Made by a program: the position numbers and the translations under genes
Notes under the pieces: generated by a model
Told to the model about the DNA's origin: nothing
Databases searched by the model: none
The model's input: the letters and a program-made list of their open reading frames with translations, nothing else
Shown here: positions 8,699 to 15,639 of the stretch, piece after piece
Numbering within the stretch: the first letter of the stretch is position 1
Layout: each line of letters begins with the position of its first letter
Virus record (IMG/VR): IMGVR_UViG_3300045988_014530
Span: 1-22,534 of that record
From: a virus
Length of the DNA: 22,534 nt
Reading direction: 5' to 3' (one strand)

Positions 8699-9095
8699 TA
8701 TTTGTTATACTCCTTAACTTACGCTTAATGTTTTTAGTTTTATCGTCCATTTCGTGAGTGGCTTTAACTAGCGTTCGTCCATAACGTTGGTGCAAGCTAC
8801 GGTCATGTAACAAAATATTGAGCATTTTCCAACTTTCATCTTTAGCTTTGAAACCATTGACGATACCAATGTTTCCGCTTTTTAGTGAACCATATGAACG
8901 TGTCACTTGCTTATTAATTTTCTTAGTATCAAACTTAACAGGGTAACGTGAGAAATTTCCACCCAATGAACTTTTGTAACTGCGTTTTACTGTGTTCTGA
9001 TTAGAGTTGAAGCTATCAACCATTTCTAGCCAAACTTTTTTAAGTTGTTTCTCTGTGAACTTTTCTAGTCCTGTGACTTGATTGGTGGTTGCCAT
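8691..9095 (-). CDS. Basic protein of unknown function between the chaperone and tape measure genes
   Basis: 134-aa ORF with a strong SD (GGAGGT, 6 nt before the ATG). Its stop overlaps the tape measure start by 8 nt. Confidence 0.6.
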   Translation of the reverse strand: MATTNQVTGLEKFTEKQLKKVWLEMVDSFNSNQNTVKRSYKSSLGGNFSRYPVKFDTKKINKQVTRSYGSLKSGNIGIVNGFKAKDESWKMLNILLHDRSLHQRYGRTLVKATHEMDDKTKNIKRKLRSITNNG

Positions 9096-9316
9096 AATTC
9101 TACCTCCACATGTTCCACTTTGTTCAGTTCTTCTGCGGTTGTTTTCTTCTTCTCTTTAGGTGTCAACGCTGAAATTAATTTGAGCGTCCACGCTAAAGGT
9201 CTATGACTGTATACTTCGTAGGGAACTCTAAAAGCCGTCATCGCACTAACAATTGCAAGTGTTGTTATTCTTGCGGTTTCCCCTATTTCTTCTCTGTTAG
9301 TGCTATCGCTTTTTTT
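9065..9316 (-). CDS. -1 frame extension of the tail chaperone (GT-like product), reached by slippage on A AAA AAA
   Basis: The slippery heptamer is at 9316-9310 on the minus strand. The -1 frame stays open for 81 codons (SDSTNREEIGETARITT...WQPPIKSQD) to a TAG at 9067-9065. This fills a segment (9096-9282) that is otherwise unassigned in a tightly packed operon. Confidence 0.5.
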   Translation of the reverse strand, partial: KKSDSTNREEIGETARITTLAIVSAMTAFRVPYEVYSHRPLAWTLKLISALTPKEKKKTTAEELNKVEHVEVELWQPPIKSQD

Positions 9317-9537
9317 GTTTCATTAACTAATTGTTCCATAAGTTCAGCAACTGTGACAGGTAAAAGTCCACCAATTAAAGCCCCTAGAATTTCATCAAGT
9401 GTATATTGTGGCGAACAAGCCCAAAAGAACAATGCTAAACTGTGATAGTCACGTTCGTTCAAATCTCCGAAGTAAATGCCATTATCTTCCATGCGTTCTA
9501 ATGCTTTAAAGTCAAATTTAAAATCTTCTTTCTTCAT
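9283..9537 (-). CDS. Tail assembly chaperone, G-like zero-frame product
   Basis: 84-aa acidic ORF directly after the major tail protein gene, with SD AAGGAG. It contains the A7 run at codons 74-76. Confidence 0.55.
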   Translation of the reverse strand: MKKEDFKFDFKALERMEDNGIYFGDLNERDYHSLALFFWACSPQYTLDEILGALIGGLLPVTVAELMEQLVNETKKAIALTEKK

Positions 9538-9555
9538 CTGTGTATCTCCTTATAA

Positions 9556-9600
9556 ATTAAAATAAAAGGGTGGAAACTATTATTCCAAGCGTTCCACCCC
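9556..9600 (-). terminator. Intrinsic terminator or attenuator after the major tail protein gene
   Basis: On the minus strand, GGGTGGAA (9599-9592) pairs with TTCCACCC (9575-9568). The stem is followed by TTTTATTTTAATTT. It starts 7 nt after the stop codon at 9607. Confidence 0.55.
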
Positions 9601-9606
9601 TAAAAA

Positions 9607-10224
9607 TTAAGCCTTGATGTCAGAACCTACAAGCGGTTTAAGTTCATTAAACAACTTCTTAAAGGCTGAGGCTCTGCCACTTGTTCCAGTTGCTAGCTCT
9701 GTATCAGATATTTTGAATTTTATAAACAAGTGTTTCGTGTCAAAGAGCACAAAATCTCCCATTGTCACAGTTGCAGTATGTTCGTATTCTTTACCCGTTG
9801 GACTTTCTTCGTCCGCTTCTGCCGTGTCCCCCGGTGTTGTAGCCTGAACACTTGGATAGAATGTTACTTTATACCCCGTTCCGTCGTCATCACGGTAACG
9901 TTCAGCATAAGCGAAACCATAAGGTTTATAATTTTTTGGGTCGTCAGTCAAGTATTCTCCAAAAATTCCAAATCCTAACGCATGGTCTGCAAACTGGTCA
10001 GGCAAGTCATACGACTTAACTTTAATTTGTGTGTTTTTAGCACCTGCGATTGTACGATAAGGAGCGTTAAACCCTGCATAAAAGTTTGTATTTTCTTGTT
10101 TGCTATCTGTTTCAACTGCTCGCAAACCTGCGATTGGAATTCCTGTTGTTGACCCTGTTGGGTCTAAAAACACTACCCCATAACCTAGACCGTGTGTTAA
10201 TTCATTTTTTGATGTATATGCCAT
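9607..10224 (-). CDS. Major tail protein (7th late gene)
   Basis: 205 aa. It lies between the head genes and the chaperone/tape measure genes and is followed by a terminator hairpin. The assignment rests on synteny. Confidence 0.55.
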   Translation of the reverse strand: MAYTSKNELTHGLGYGVVFLDPTGSTTGIPIAGLRAVETDSKQENTNFYAGFNAPYRTIAGAKNTQIKVKSYDLPDQFADHALGFGIFGEYLTDDPKNYKPYGFAYAERYRDDDGTGYKVTFYPSVQATTPGDTAEADEESPTGKEYEHTATVTMGDFVLFDTKHLFIKFKISDTELATGTSGRASAFKKLFNELKPLVGSDIKA

Positions 10225-10241
10225 TTATTTTTATCCTCCTA

Positions 10242-10946
10242 CTACTTCCAAACTTTAATAGCACCGTCCTTAAGGAAACCACCACAAACGGTAATAGTAC
10301 CATATACTTGTACTTTATTATGACGAACGTCTTTAGTCACATTAAATTCTGGTACCAAGTCCCCTGCTAGAATGCCCTTATAAGGGTTAATAAGCACCTT
10401 GTCAAAAGTGTTATCCCCTCCGTCATTATAGTGCTTAAAGCTCAAAGTTTCAATTTTAGTTACTCCATTAACAACTGGCGTGAAATCATTTTCTTTTACA
10501 AGAAGAACATCATCGCCTGACTGTGAAAACTTATCTGCACTTTCTTTCTGTTTAACCGCCCCAACAATTGAACTTGAAGCGATTGAGCTATGAACTCCAC
10601 CCCAAATTAAATGACTTTCGATTGTTTGATATAAAGTATATAGTACTGTATTCAATGCACTTTGTACACCGTCAGCAGTTAAATTTCCTGAATCAGAAAG
10701 ATTAATACCAAAACCAAAACCTCGTGGCGTTAAGATTTTATAAGTTTCTTCATTTACGCTTAACACGCTACCCGTTTGCCCTTGTTCTTTAGCTTCAGGA
10801 AAGCCTGTTAAATTGACCGACTGCAACAAATCAGCCCCAACTTTCGGGATACGTGACAAGAGAGGGAACGACTCGCTGATGTCCCCCCCATTTATCACAT
10901 TCTCGATTTGTTGAGCATAACGGTCTGTAATATTAAATTCAGCCAT
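10242..10946 (-). CDS. Virion structural protein of unknown role, in the head-tail junction region
   Basis: 234-aa ORF between the capsid and major tail genes. I recognised no motif. Confidence 0.4.
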   Translation of the reverse strand: MAEFNITDRYAQQIENVINGGDISESFPLLSRIPKVGADLLQSVNLTGFPEAKEQGQTGSVLSVNEETYKILTPRGFGFGINLSDSGNLTADGVQSALNTVLYTLYQTIESHLIWGGVHSSIASSSIVGAVKQKESADKFSQSGDDVLLVKENDFTPVVNGVTKIETLSFKHYNDGGDNTFDKVLINPYKGILAGDLVPEFNVTKDVRHNKVQVYGTITVCGGFLKDGAIKVWK

Positions 10947-10965
10947 TATTCACTCCCTTTCTTAT

Positions 10966-12447
10966 TTAGACACCTAAACTACCCTTTTTTTTTAGGTATG
11001 CTGAACGGTTTTTACCACGAATAGAACCACCTACAAGAGTTTCAGACAACCATTGTTCAACGTTATAACGGAGGTCAAAGTCGTTGTAGTTTTCCATATT
11101 CAAATCTCCGATAAGAACGTACTCATCGTGATTGTAAACCGCTACTTCGTCTTTAGGCATCCAGACACGAGTTTCAAGATTAACAGCACCGAATGATTGA
11201 GCGATTTGTGCCTTTGTTGCCAACTCATTGAAACGTGCATGGCCGTCTGAACCTTTTAGCTTACGCAACTCTGCAAAAGTTTGTGGACTCATAACAATTG
11301 TGATTGCGTCAGAAATTGAGCATTCAGCAACTGCGTCAGTAATACCCTCAAACAAGTCCGTATACTCAATTTGTTTTGTCCAACCGTCTGTGGCAGTTTT
11401 CAAACCATAGAAACCGTTAGAACCGTCAGCAGAACCAAGAATCATATTGTATTCCACTTTTTGGATAACACGATTAACCATATCTGACATTACATATTCA
11501 GATAATGCACCTGAATCATTTACACCACGAACGGTTGCTTTATCCATTTGCAAGTATGCTTCTGCCATTTGCGGACGTAGTGAGCGTTTAGAAGCCGTTT
11601 GAGCTTTATTTTTATCTGTACCTGCTTTAAAAGTACCTTCGATAAATGTATCATCTACACCATCTTCTGCAAGTGTCAAACCTTGGAAGCGTGCTTTCAT
11701 AGCACCGTCATAGATACCTGACTTTTTTGCATATTTTGAAGTGATAGACCCAAGAGAGTTAACTACATTCAAATCTGAAGCATTAGCAAATTCACGCAAG
11801 AAACCTTGTTCAGGCATTTCAGCCATTTTGCTACCAAGTTCACGCATAAATTTAATTTCTGCTTCTTGAGGTTTTTCGCTAGGAATACCCGCTTCACGTT
11901 CCTTTTTAAGTTCTTCACGTTCTTTGTTAAGCTCTGTAACTTTAGCTTCAAGTTCTCGAACTTTTACACCAGCTTCAATAGCTTGCTTCATAATTTCTTG
12001 TGTTTCGTTTGCACCCATTTGTTTTTGTTCTCCTTTTTCTTCTTCTCTTACTTTTGTCACTTTAGCACCTTTATTGCTTGGTAACGGAGTTAGTGACACC
12101 TCTGTAATGGTAACGTCTTTATAATAGCCTACTCCATCAATTTCACGAGCTTTCATACCGTTAGCATTAAAGCCAACTGATAGCCCAGTTTCTTCGATTT
12201 TTTCGGCTGTGTATTGTTCTTCATCAACATAACCTGTCAAGATTACATTGTTCTCCTCAAGATGAACAAACCCTGACCCAATCTTTTCCCTATGGCGGTT
12301 TAGGATATCTACTCCGTCCCCTGCGTTAGCAATAGATTCAATGACCGTACCGTGTGAATCAATTGTTCCCAACGGGTTCGCTATCCCTCGAACTGCTTTT
12401 ACTTTCAATATTTCCCCCTTTTGCTGTTGTTGATATGTAAGCCACAA
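10966..12447 (-). CDS. Prohead protease - scaffold (coiled coil) - HK97-fold major capsid protein fusion (5th late gene)
   Basis: The N-terminal ~135 aa look like an HK97-family prohead protease (KAVRGIANPLGTIDSHGTV, NRHREKIG, GLSVGF, EVSLTPLPSN). A charged coiled coil follows (VRELEAKVTELNKEREELKKERE). The C-terminal ~300 aa are Phage_capsid-like. The start is uncertain: TTG at 12447 per the track, or a better SD-supported TTG at 12408 (AAGGGGG, 5-nt spacer). Confidence 0.75.
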   Translation of the reverse strand: MWLTYQQQQKGEILKVKAVRGIANPLGTIDSHGTVIESIANAGDGVDILNRHREKIGSGFVHLEENNVILTGYVDEEQYTAEKIEETGLSVGFNANGMKAREIDGVGYYKDVTITEVSLTPLPSNKGAKVTKVREEEKGEQKQMGANETQEIMKQAIEAGVKVRELEAKVTELNKEREELKKEREAGIPSEKPQEAEIKFMRELGSKMAEMPEQGFLREFANASDLNVVNSLGSITSKYAKKSGIYDGAMKARFQGLTLAEDGVDDTFIEGTFKAGTDKNKAQTASKRSLRPQMAEAYLQMDKATVRGVNDSGALSEYVMSDMVNRVIQKVEYNMILGSADGSNGFYGLKTATDGWTKQIEYTDLFEGITDAVAECSISDAITIVMSPQTFAELRKLKGSDGHARFNELATKAQIAQSFGAVNLETRVWMPKDEVAVYNHDEYVLIGDLNMENYNDFDLRYNVEQWLSETLVGGSIRGKNRSAYLKKKGSLGV

Positions 12448-13198
12448 AATTCTCTTGATTGAAAATTATGTTCTTATCGTGTTGTTTTAATAGTGGTAAC
12501 ACTTTTTGAATTGCGAAAGCGATAATAGTAACTTCATTACTTTGTCCGTAAAGCAATTCTCTTGGCATTCCGTACTCACTCAAAGCAATTTCAATTGCAA
12601 GGTTTGCGTCATTTTGTAGTGAACCGCTATAATCTGGCTGAATCTGTTTGATGTCGTCATCTGAACCAATAACTGATACACCATTAAATTCTCTGGCAAG
12701 TTGTTGTTGTTGTGTCAGACGTTCTCTAATTCTGTCCCAAACTTCTTTAAGACCACTAGAAACTTTAGTTTTCCAATAAATTTTGATTTGAGCTTGAGAA
12801 TCAAGACGTCTACCAATTCCATTACTAGCCATTCCAAACATTACCCCAAACCGTTGAGGGTTAGCACCATAGAAAGGGTTTAATAACATTTCATAGTCGT
12901 TTGTTCTAATAGTGACCTGTCTGCGATTTGGTTCTCTAACTAAAATGTTAAACTGGTCTGCGTTCACTCTTTGAGCGTAATACTTGAAACCACCATACCA
13001 AACACGATATACTTCTTGACCTTGTAAAGACCAAAAGAATAAGTCCTCAAGTTTGGACGCTTCTGAATAATCAACATTATCAAAATAGGAAACTAAGCCC
13101 AATAACTTACCTAGTAACAAATCAGTTGTAGGGTCTTGAACTGTGAAAGTTGAAAAGCTCACATCTTCCGCTCTGCGTGAGAGATTAAATAAGCTCAT
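12359..13198 (-). CDS. Portal-like protein, unusually short (4th late gene)
   Basis: 279 aa directly upstream of the protease-capsid gene. The segment ALSEYGMPRELLYGQ resembles the conserved portal motif. Its 3' end overlaps the next gene by 50-89 nt in another frame. Confidence 0.45.
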   Translation of the reverse strand: MSLFNLSRRAEDVSFSTFTVQDPTTDLLLGKLLGLVSYFDNVDYSEASKLEDLFFWSLQGQEVYRVWYGGFKYYAQRVNADQFNILVREPNRRQVTIRTNDYEMLLNPFYGANPQRFGVMFGMASNGIGRRLDSQAQIKIYWKTKVSSGLKEVWDRIRERLTQQQQLAREFNGVSVIGSDDDIKQIQPDYSGSLQNDANLAIEIALSEYGMPRELLYGQSNEVTIIAFAIQKVLPLLKQHDKNIIFNQENFVAYISTTAKGGNIESKSSSRDSEPVGNN

Positions 13199-13207
13199 CT
13201 ATTCCTC

Positions 13208-13867
13208 CTATTTTACTTCTCCTGAAGCCATGTCAATTTTGCGACCAAACTCTTTTTCGATTTCTCCAATAAACATTGTATCAACTGGCAAATTAAGTTT
13301 AGCCCATTTGTTTTGGTAGTTTTCCAACATGCGTGTTGTACGAATATGGCGAACACTTACACCGTCAGAAACATACCAATGTTTTTCTTTACCGCTGTTG
13401 TCTAATCCTTTAATAAGGTACATTTTAATCATTCCTCCTGTTTGATTATTTTGGTTTGAATTACTTGATACTGGCTTATTAAATAAGTCAAGTTCTGCCT
13501 GTCTGCGTCGTACTAAACCTTGTAAGACTTGACCGCCTGCATTACGATACTTCGGAATCATTGAAGCACAATAAGCATGACTGAACCCTGCCCAACCGTC
13601 AGCAACGAAAACATTACCGCAATTATAAGCCAATGACACTAAGGCGTCAAACTCATTTTGATTTGCTTTGCCTTTTACATAAGCGTCAACCATAGGTGCA
13701 TACTTGTTATTCAAATCAATTTCTAGCTGACTATCTGCTTGAGCTTGTGTCCAAGTTGTACCTTCCGTTACTCCATAATGTCCCCAACCGATAGTGTACA
13801 TTTGTTCCCACCGTACTGGTTTATAAGCAGTCAATCGGCAACCCTCGAACTCTTTAATCAAGTTCAA
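13208..13867 (-). CDS. Endolysin: N-terminal GH24 (T4/P22-type) lysozyme plus a C-terminal putative cell-wall-binding domain
   Basis: The N-terminus MNLIKEFEGCRLTAYKP...YTIGWGH matches the phage lysozyme catalytic signature. A low-complexity linker (SSNSNQNNQTGG) precedes a 71-aa C-terminal domain. Confidence 0.85.
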   Translation of the reverse strand: MNLIKEFEGCRLTAYKPVRWEQMYTIGWGHYGVTEGTTWTQAQADSQLEIDLNNKYAPMVDAYVKGKANQNEFDALVSLAYNCGNVFVADGWAGFSHAYCASMIPKYRNAGGQVLQGLVRRRQAELDLFNKPVSSNSNQNNQTGGMIKMYLIKGLDNSGKEKHWYVSDGVSVRHIRTTRMLENYQNKWAKLNLPVDTMFIGEIEKEFGRKIDMASGEVK

Positions 13868-13932
13868 ACCGTTTTGAGATATTTTGATATTACCACCTCC
13901 ATTTTTGATTATTGTTTTTTATAAGGGAACAA

Positions 13933-14418
13933 TTAACCCAAGTGTTCACAATATATCAAGATGTTATAAGCGTCAGCCATGTTGTCATCTTTGCAATCAG
14001 AATCAACCAAGCCTGTTGCTTTTAAAAGCTCAAGACTTTCTTCTTTGCGTTGTTCTCGTTTGCCTGAAATAAGATGATAGCTACACCATTTAGAGTTATC
14101 AATAAAAGTATAGCCATTTACTAAACCGTCAATAGCACCGATAAAATAACCGTTACAATTAGCAAGCGTAATACTGTGCTTTCTGTTTCTACCCATGATA
14201 GGTGTTTCAATGGCTAGATGATAATCTTTCAAGTCAAACTCATCAATAATATCTTTAATTGCGTTTACAATGTCAAAAGTACGTTCCCAAGCGTTCTTTT
14301 TTGCGTTATATGCTTTAATAGAACCGACAAACAATTGACCGTCTTTTCTAAAAGCGTACCCTGTACCCTCGTCTTTCTTGCTAGCGGTACTAAAATCAAT
14401 AGCTAAAATTTTCTTCAT
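13933..14418 (-). CDS. RuvC-like Holliday junction resolvase (2nd late gene)
   Basis: 161 aa with RuvC-type acidic motifs in the expected order: [33 protein letters not shown] precedes the start. Confidence 0.7.
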   Translation of the reverse strand: MKKILAIDFSTASKKDEGTGYAFRKDGQLFVGSIKAYNAKKNAWERTFDIVNAIKDIIDEFDLKDYHLAIETPIMGRNRKHSITLANCNGYFIGAIDGLVNGYTFIDNSKWCSYHLISGKREQRKEESLELLKATGLVDSDCKDDNMADAYNILIYCEHLG

Positions 14419-14428
14419 TTCTATCCTC

Positions 14429-14578
14429 TTAAATGGGTAGGCTATAAGAAGTCACGACTGCGTAAACATCTTCTTGACTTTTGTCAACGTTGACACCGTA
14501 GTCAGTTTTAGAAATAAATTCTAACACTTGTTTTAGTTCTACTTCATCATTAACAAAATAGATGTTTTTTTCTGCCAT
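14429..14578 (-). CDS. Small acidic protein, first late gene (49 aa, absent from the ORF track)
   Basis: Hand translation gives [59 protein letters not shown] lies upstream of the ATG at 14578. The ORF stops 10 nt before the next gene's start codon. Confidence 0.55.
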   Translation of the reverse strand: MAEKNIYFVNDEVELKQVLEFISKTDYGVNVDKSQEDVYAVVTSYSLPI

Positions 14579-14608
14579 GCTTTTACCTCCCTCATTGATT
14601 ATGGTATT

Positions 14609-14617
14609 ATTATAGCA
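14609..14617 (-). promoter_or_regulatory. Candidate late promoter: extended -10 (TGCTATAAT) with no recognisable -35
   Basis: On the minus strand TGCTATAAT lies 31 nt upstream of the first late ATG. The -35 position reads GTAAAA. This fits an activator-dependent late promoter. Confidence 0.45.
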
Positions 14618-14766
14618 TACTGTTTTTTTAGTTTTACTTTTATCATACCAACAAAAGATTTAGATAGTTTACAATTTTATTAAATAATTTGTAACCAAAA
14701 AATAATATATTCCTGACTATTCCCACGCTTGAGCCATTCTTCTATTTTTGACCCTGATTTTTTTGC

Positions 14767-14794
14767 TTGATTTTAAAAAAGCATGTGTTATAAT
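14767..14794 (+). promoter_or_regulatory. Early promoter (TTGATT - 16 nt - TGTTATAAT) driving the non-coding segment
   Basis: The -35 TTGATT is at 14767-14772. The extended -10 TGnTATAAT is at 14786-14794. No ORF follows for about 400 nt. Confidence 0.6.
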
Positions 14795-14800
14795 AATATA

Positions 14801-15120
14801 TATAAAAATTGAATACGTCTAAGGCTTGTCTGATGTCTTAGAAAGTGAGTATATGAAAACCGTACTGAATAAGGCGCAAGTAATGAATTAGGCAAAGCGG
14901 TAGCCCTATGTGATGTCAATGGAAGCAAGTTCTAAACGTTCCCCCAACATAGGCAAAGTTAAATAAGAAGTTACCGCTTGGGTGTTCATCATAGCCAAAT
15001 TGATGTGAGGATTGATTGAGTTACTAGCGCTGACATATTAATTAATTCAAGAGGGGGGGATAAAAACTGCGTTTGCGTGGATAGTTATACTCTTTAGCAA
15101 AGTAACTAAAAAGAAATATT
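14801..15120 (+). ncRNA. Putative untranslated, structured early transcript within the replication-origin region (boundaries approximate)
   Basis: It lies downstream of a near-consensus promoter and contains no SD-led ORF. Hand counts give 24/60 G+C for 14881-14940, against 11/60 for 14641-14700. Nested helices are present: 14895-14902 with 14972-14979, 14905-14911 with 14947-14953, and 14818-14825 with 14835-14842. I found no convincing intrinsic terminator, so the 3' end is unknown. Confidence 0.35.
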
Positions 15121-15127
15121 TGATAGC

Positions 15128-15156
15128 TTGAATTGTAATATAACTTCGGCTATAAT
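15128..15156 (+). promoter_or_regulatory. Early promoter (TTGAAT - 17 nt - TATAAT) upstream of the first early ORF
   Basis: The hexamers are at 15128-15133 and 15151-15156. The first SD-led ORF starts at 15191. Confidence 0.6.
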
Positions 15157-15190
15157 TAAAGCATAGATAAAAAGAAAGAGGTATTTAAAT

Positions 15191-15337
15191 ATGTTTATCG
15201 TTTATTGGTTAATGTCAGCTATGTTTGGAATTGTTGCAAGCGTGGACCATTCTCTTTTTGTTGTTTGGTTCTTATGTTGCCTAGGTAACTTTATCTTAGG
15301 TTTAGTAGACTTAATTAAAGGAGGGTACAAAGATTGA
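15191..15337 (+). CDS. Small hydrophobic (membrane) protein, 48 aa, first early gene (absent from the ORF track)
   Basis: Translation is MFIVYWLMSAMFGIVASVDHSLFVVWFLCCLGNFILGLVDLIKGGYKD. SD AAGAAAGAGG lies 9 nt upstream. Two hydrophobic stretches are present. Confidence 0.5.
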   Translation: MFIVYWLMSAMFGIVASVDHSLFVVWFLCCLGNFILGLVDLIKGGYKD

Positions 15338-15441
15338 TTGTTTTGGAAACTTTTCTCACTATAATTTTATCATTTATTTTTATAGTTGACTTTTTACTTA
15401 TAATCGCTCTTGCTATTACAATATGGAGGTTTTTCAAATGA
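15334..15441 (+). CDS. Small hydrophobic peptide, 35 aa with a TTG start (absent from the ORF track)
   Basis: SD AAAGGAGGG (15317-15325) lies 8 nt before the TTG at 15334. Translation is (M)IVLETFLTIILSFIFIVDFLLIIALAITIWRFFK. Its stop overlaps the next ATG as ATGA. Confidence 0.4.
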   Translation: MIVLETFLTIILSFIFIVDFLLIIALAITIWRFFK

Positions 15442-15638
15442 CAATAAAAGACGACATCAAAGCAATTAACAAAGATATCAAAAAAGCAAAAGACTGGGAA
15501 CAAATGGTTCAACGTGCTAAGTATTGGCTAGTTAAATTACAAAACATCTATCCTGATTATGAATTTAAAACTTATTTTACACCATTGCGTGATAAAAATA
15601 TCATTTTCATTGACTATAAAGTAAAAGGGGTTGATTAA
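15438..15638 (+). CDS. Early protein of unknown function (66 aa)
   Basis: I chose the ATG at 15438, preceded by TGGAGG, over the track's 15423 start. The ORF is coupled to both flanking genes. Confidence 0.6.
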   Translation: MTIKDDIKAINKDIKKAKDWEQMVQRAKYWLVKLQNIYPDYEFKTYFTPLRDKNIIFIDYKVKGVD

Positions 15639-15639
15639 A

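Noticed and set aside
9065-9241. An independent 58-aa ORF starting at ATG 9241, as the explanation for the coding-looking gap after the chaperone gene
   Set aside because: No SD lies upstream (TTGCAATTGTTAGTGCG). The same frame is open all the way back to the A7 slippery site. The frameshift-extension model is more economical, although neither is proven.
10985-10993. An A9 run (minus strand) near the 3' end of the capsid gene, as a possible second frameshift site
   Set aside because: It lies six codons before the natural stop, and the -1 frame terminates after three further codons. No meaningful alternative product would result.
14925-14945. A T-loop-like string (AGTTCTAAACG) that might suggest a tRNA or tRNA-like element
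   Set aside because: It has no flanking T-stem complementarity, no acceptor or anticodon arm arrangement, and no CCA or discriminator context.
14853-14966. Mini-ORFs inside the non-coding segment: MKTVLNKAQVMN at 14853-14891 and MSMEASSKRSPNIGKVK at 14913-14966
   Set aside because: They are very short and have weak or absent SDs. The second lies inside the predicted long hairpin. A leader-peptide role for the first cannot be excluded but is unsupported.
15076-15084. A DnaA-box-like sequence, CGTGGATAG (7/9 match to TGTGGATAA)
   Set aside because: It is a single imperfect copy and could arise by chance. It is not enough to claim DnaA dependence.
15386-15404. TTGACT followed by TATAAT inside the 35-aa ORF
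   Set aside because: The spacer is only 7 nt, which is incompatible with a sigma-A promoter.
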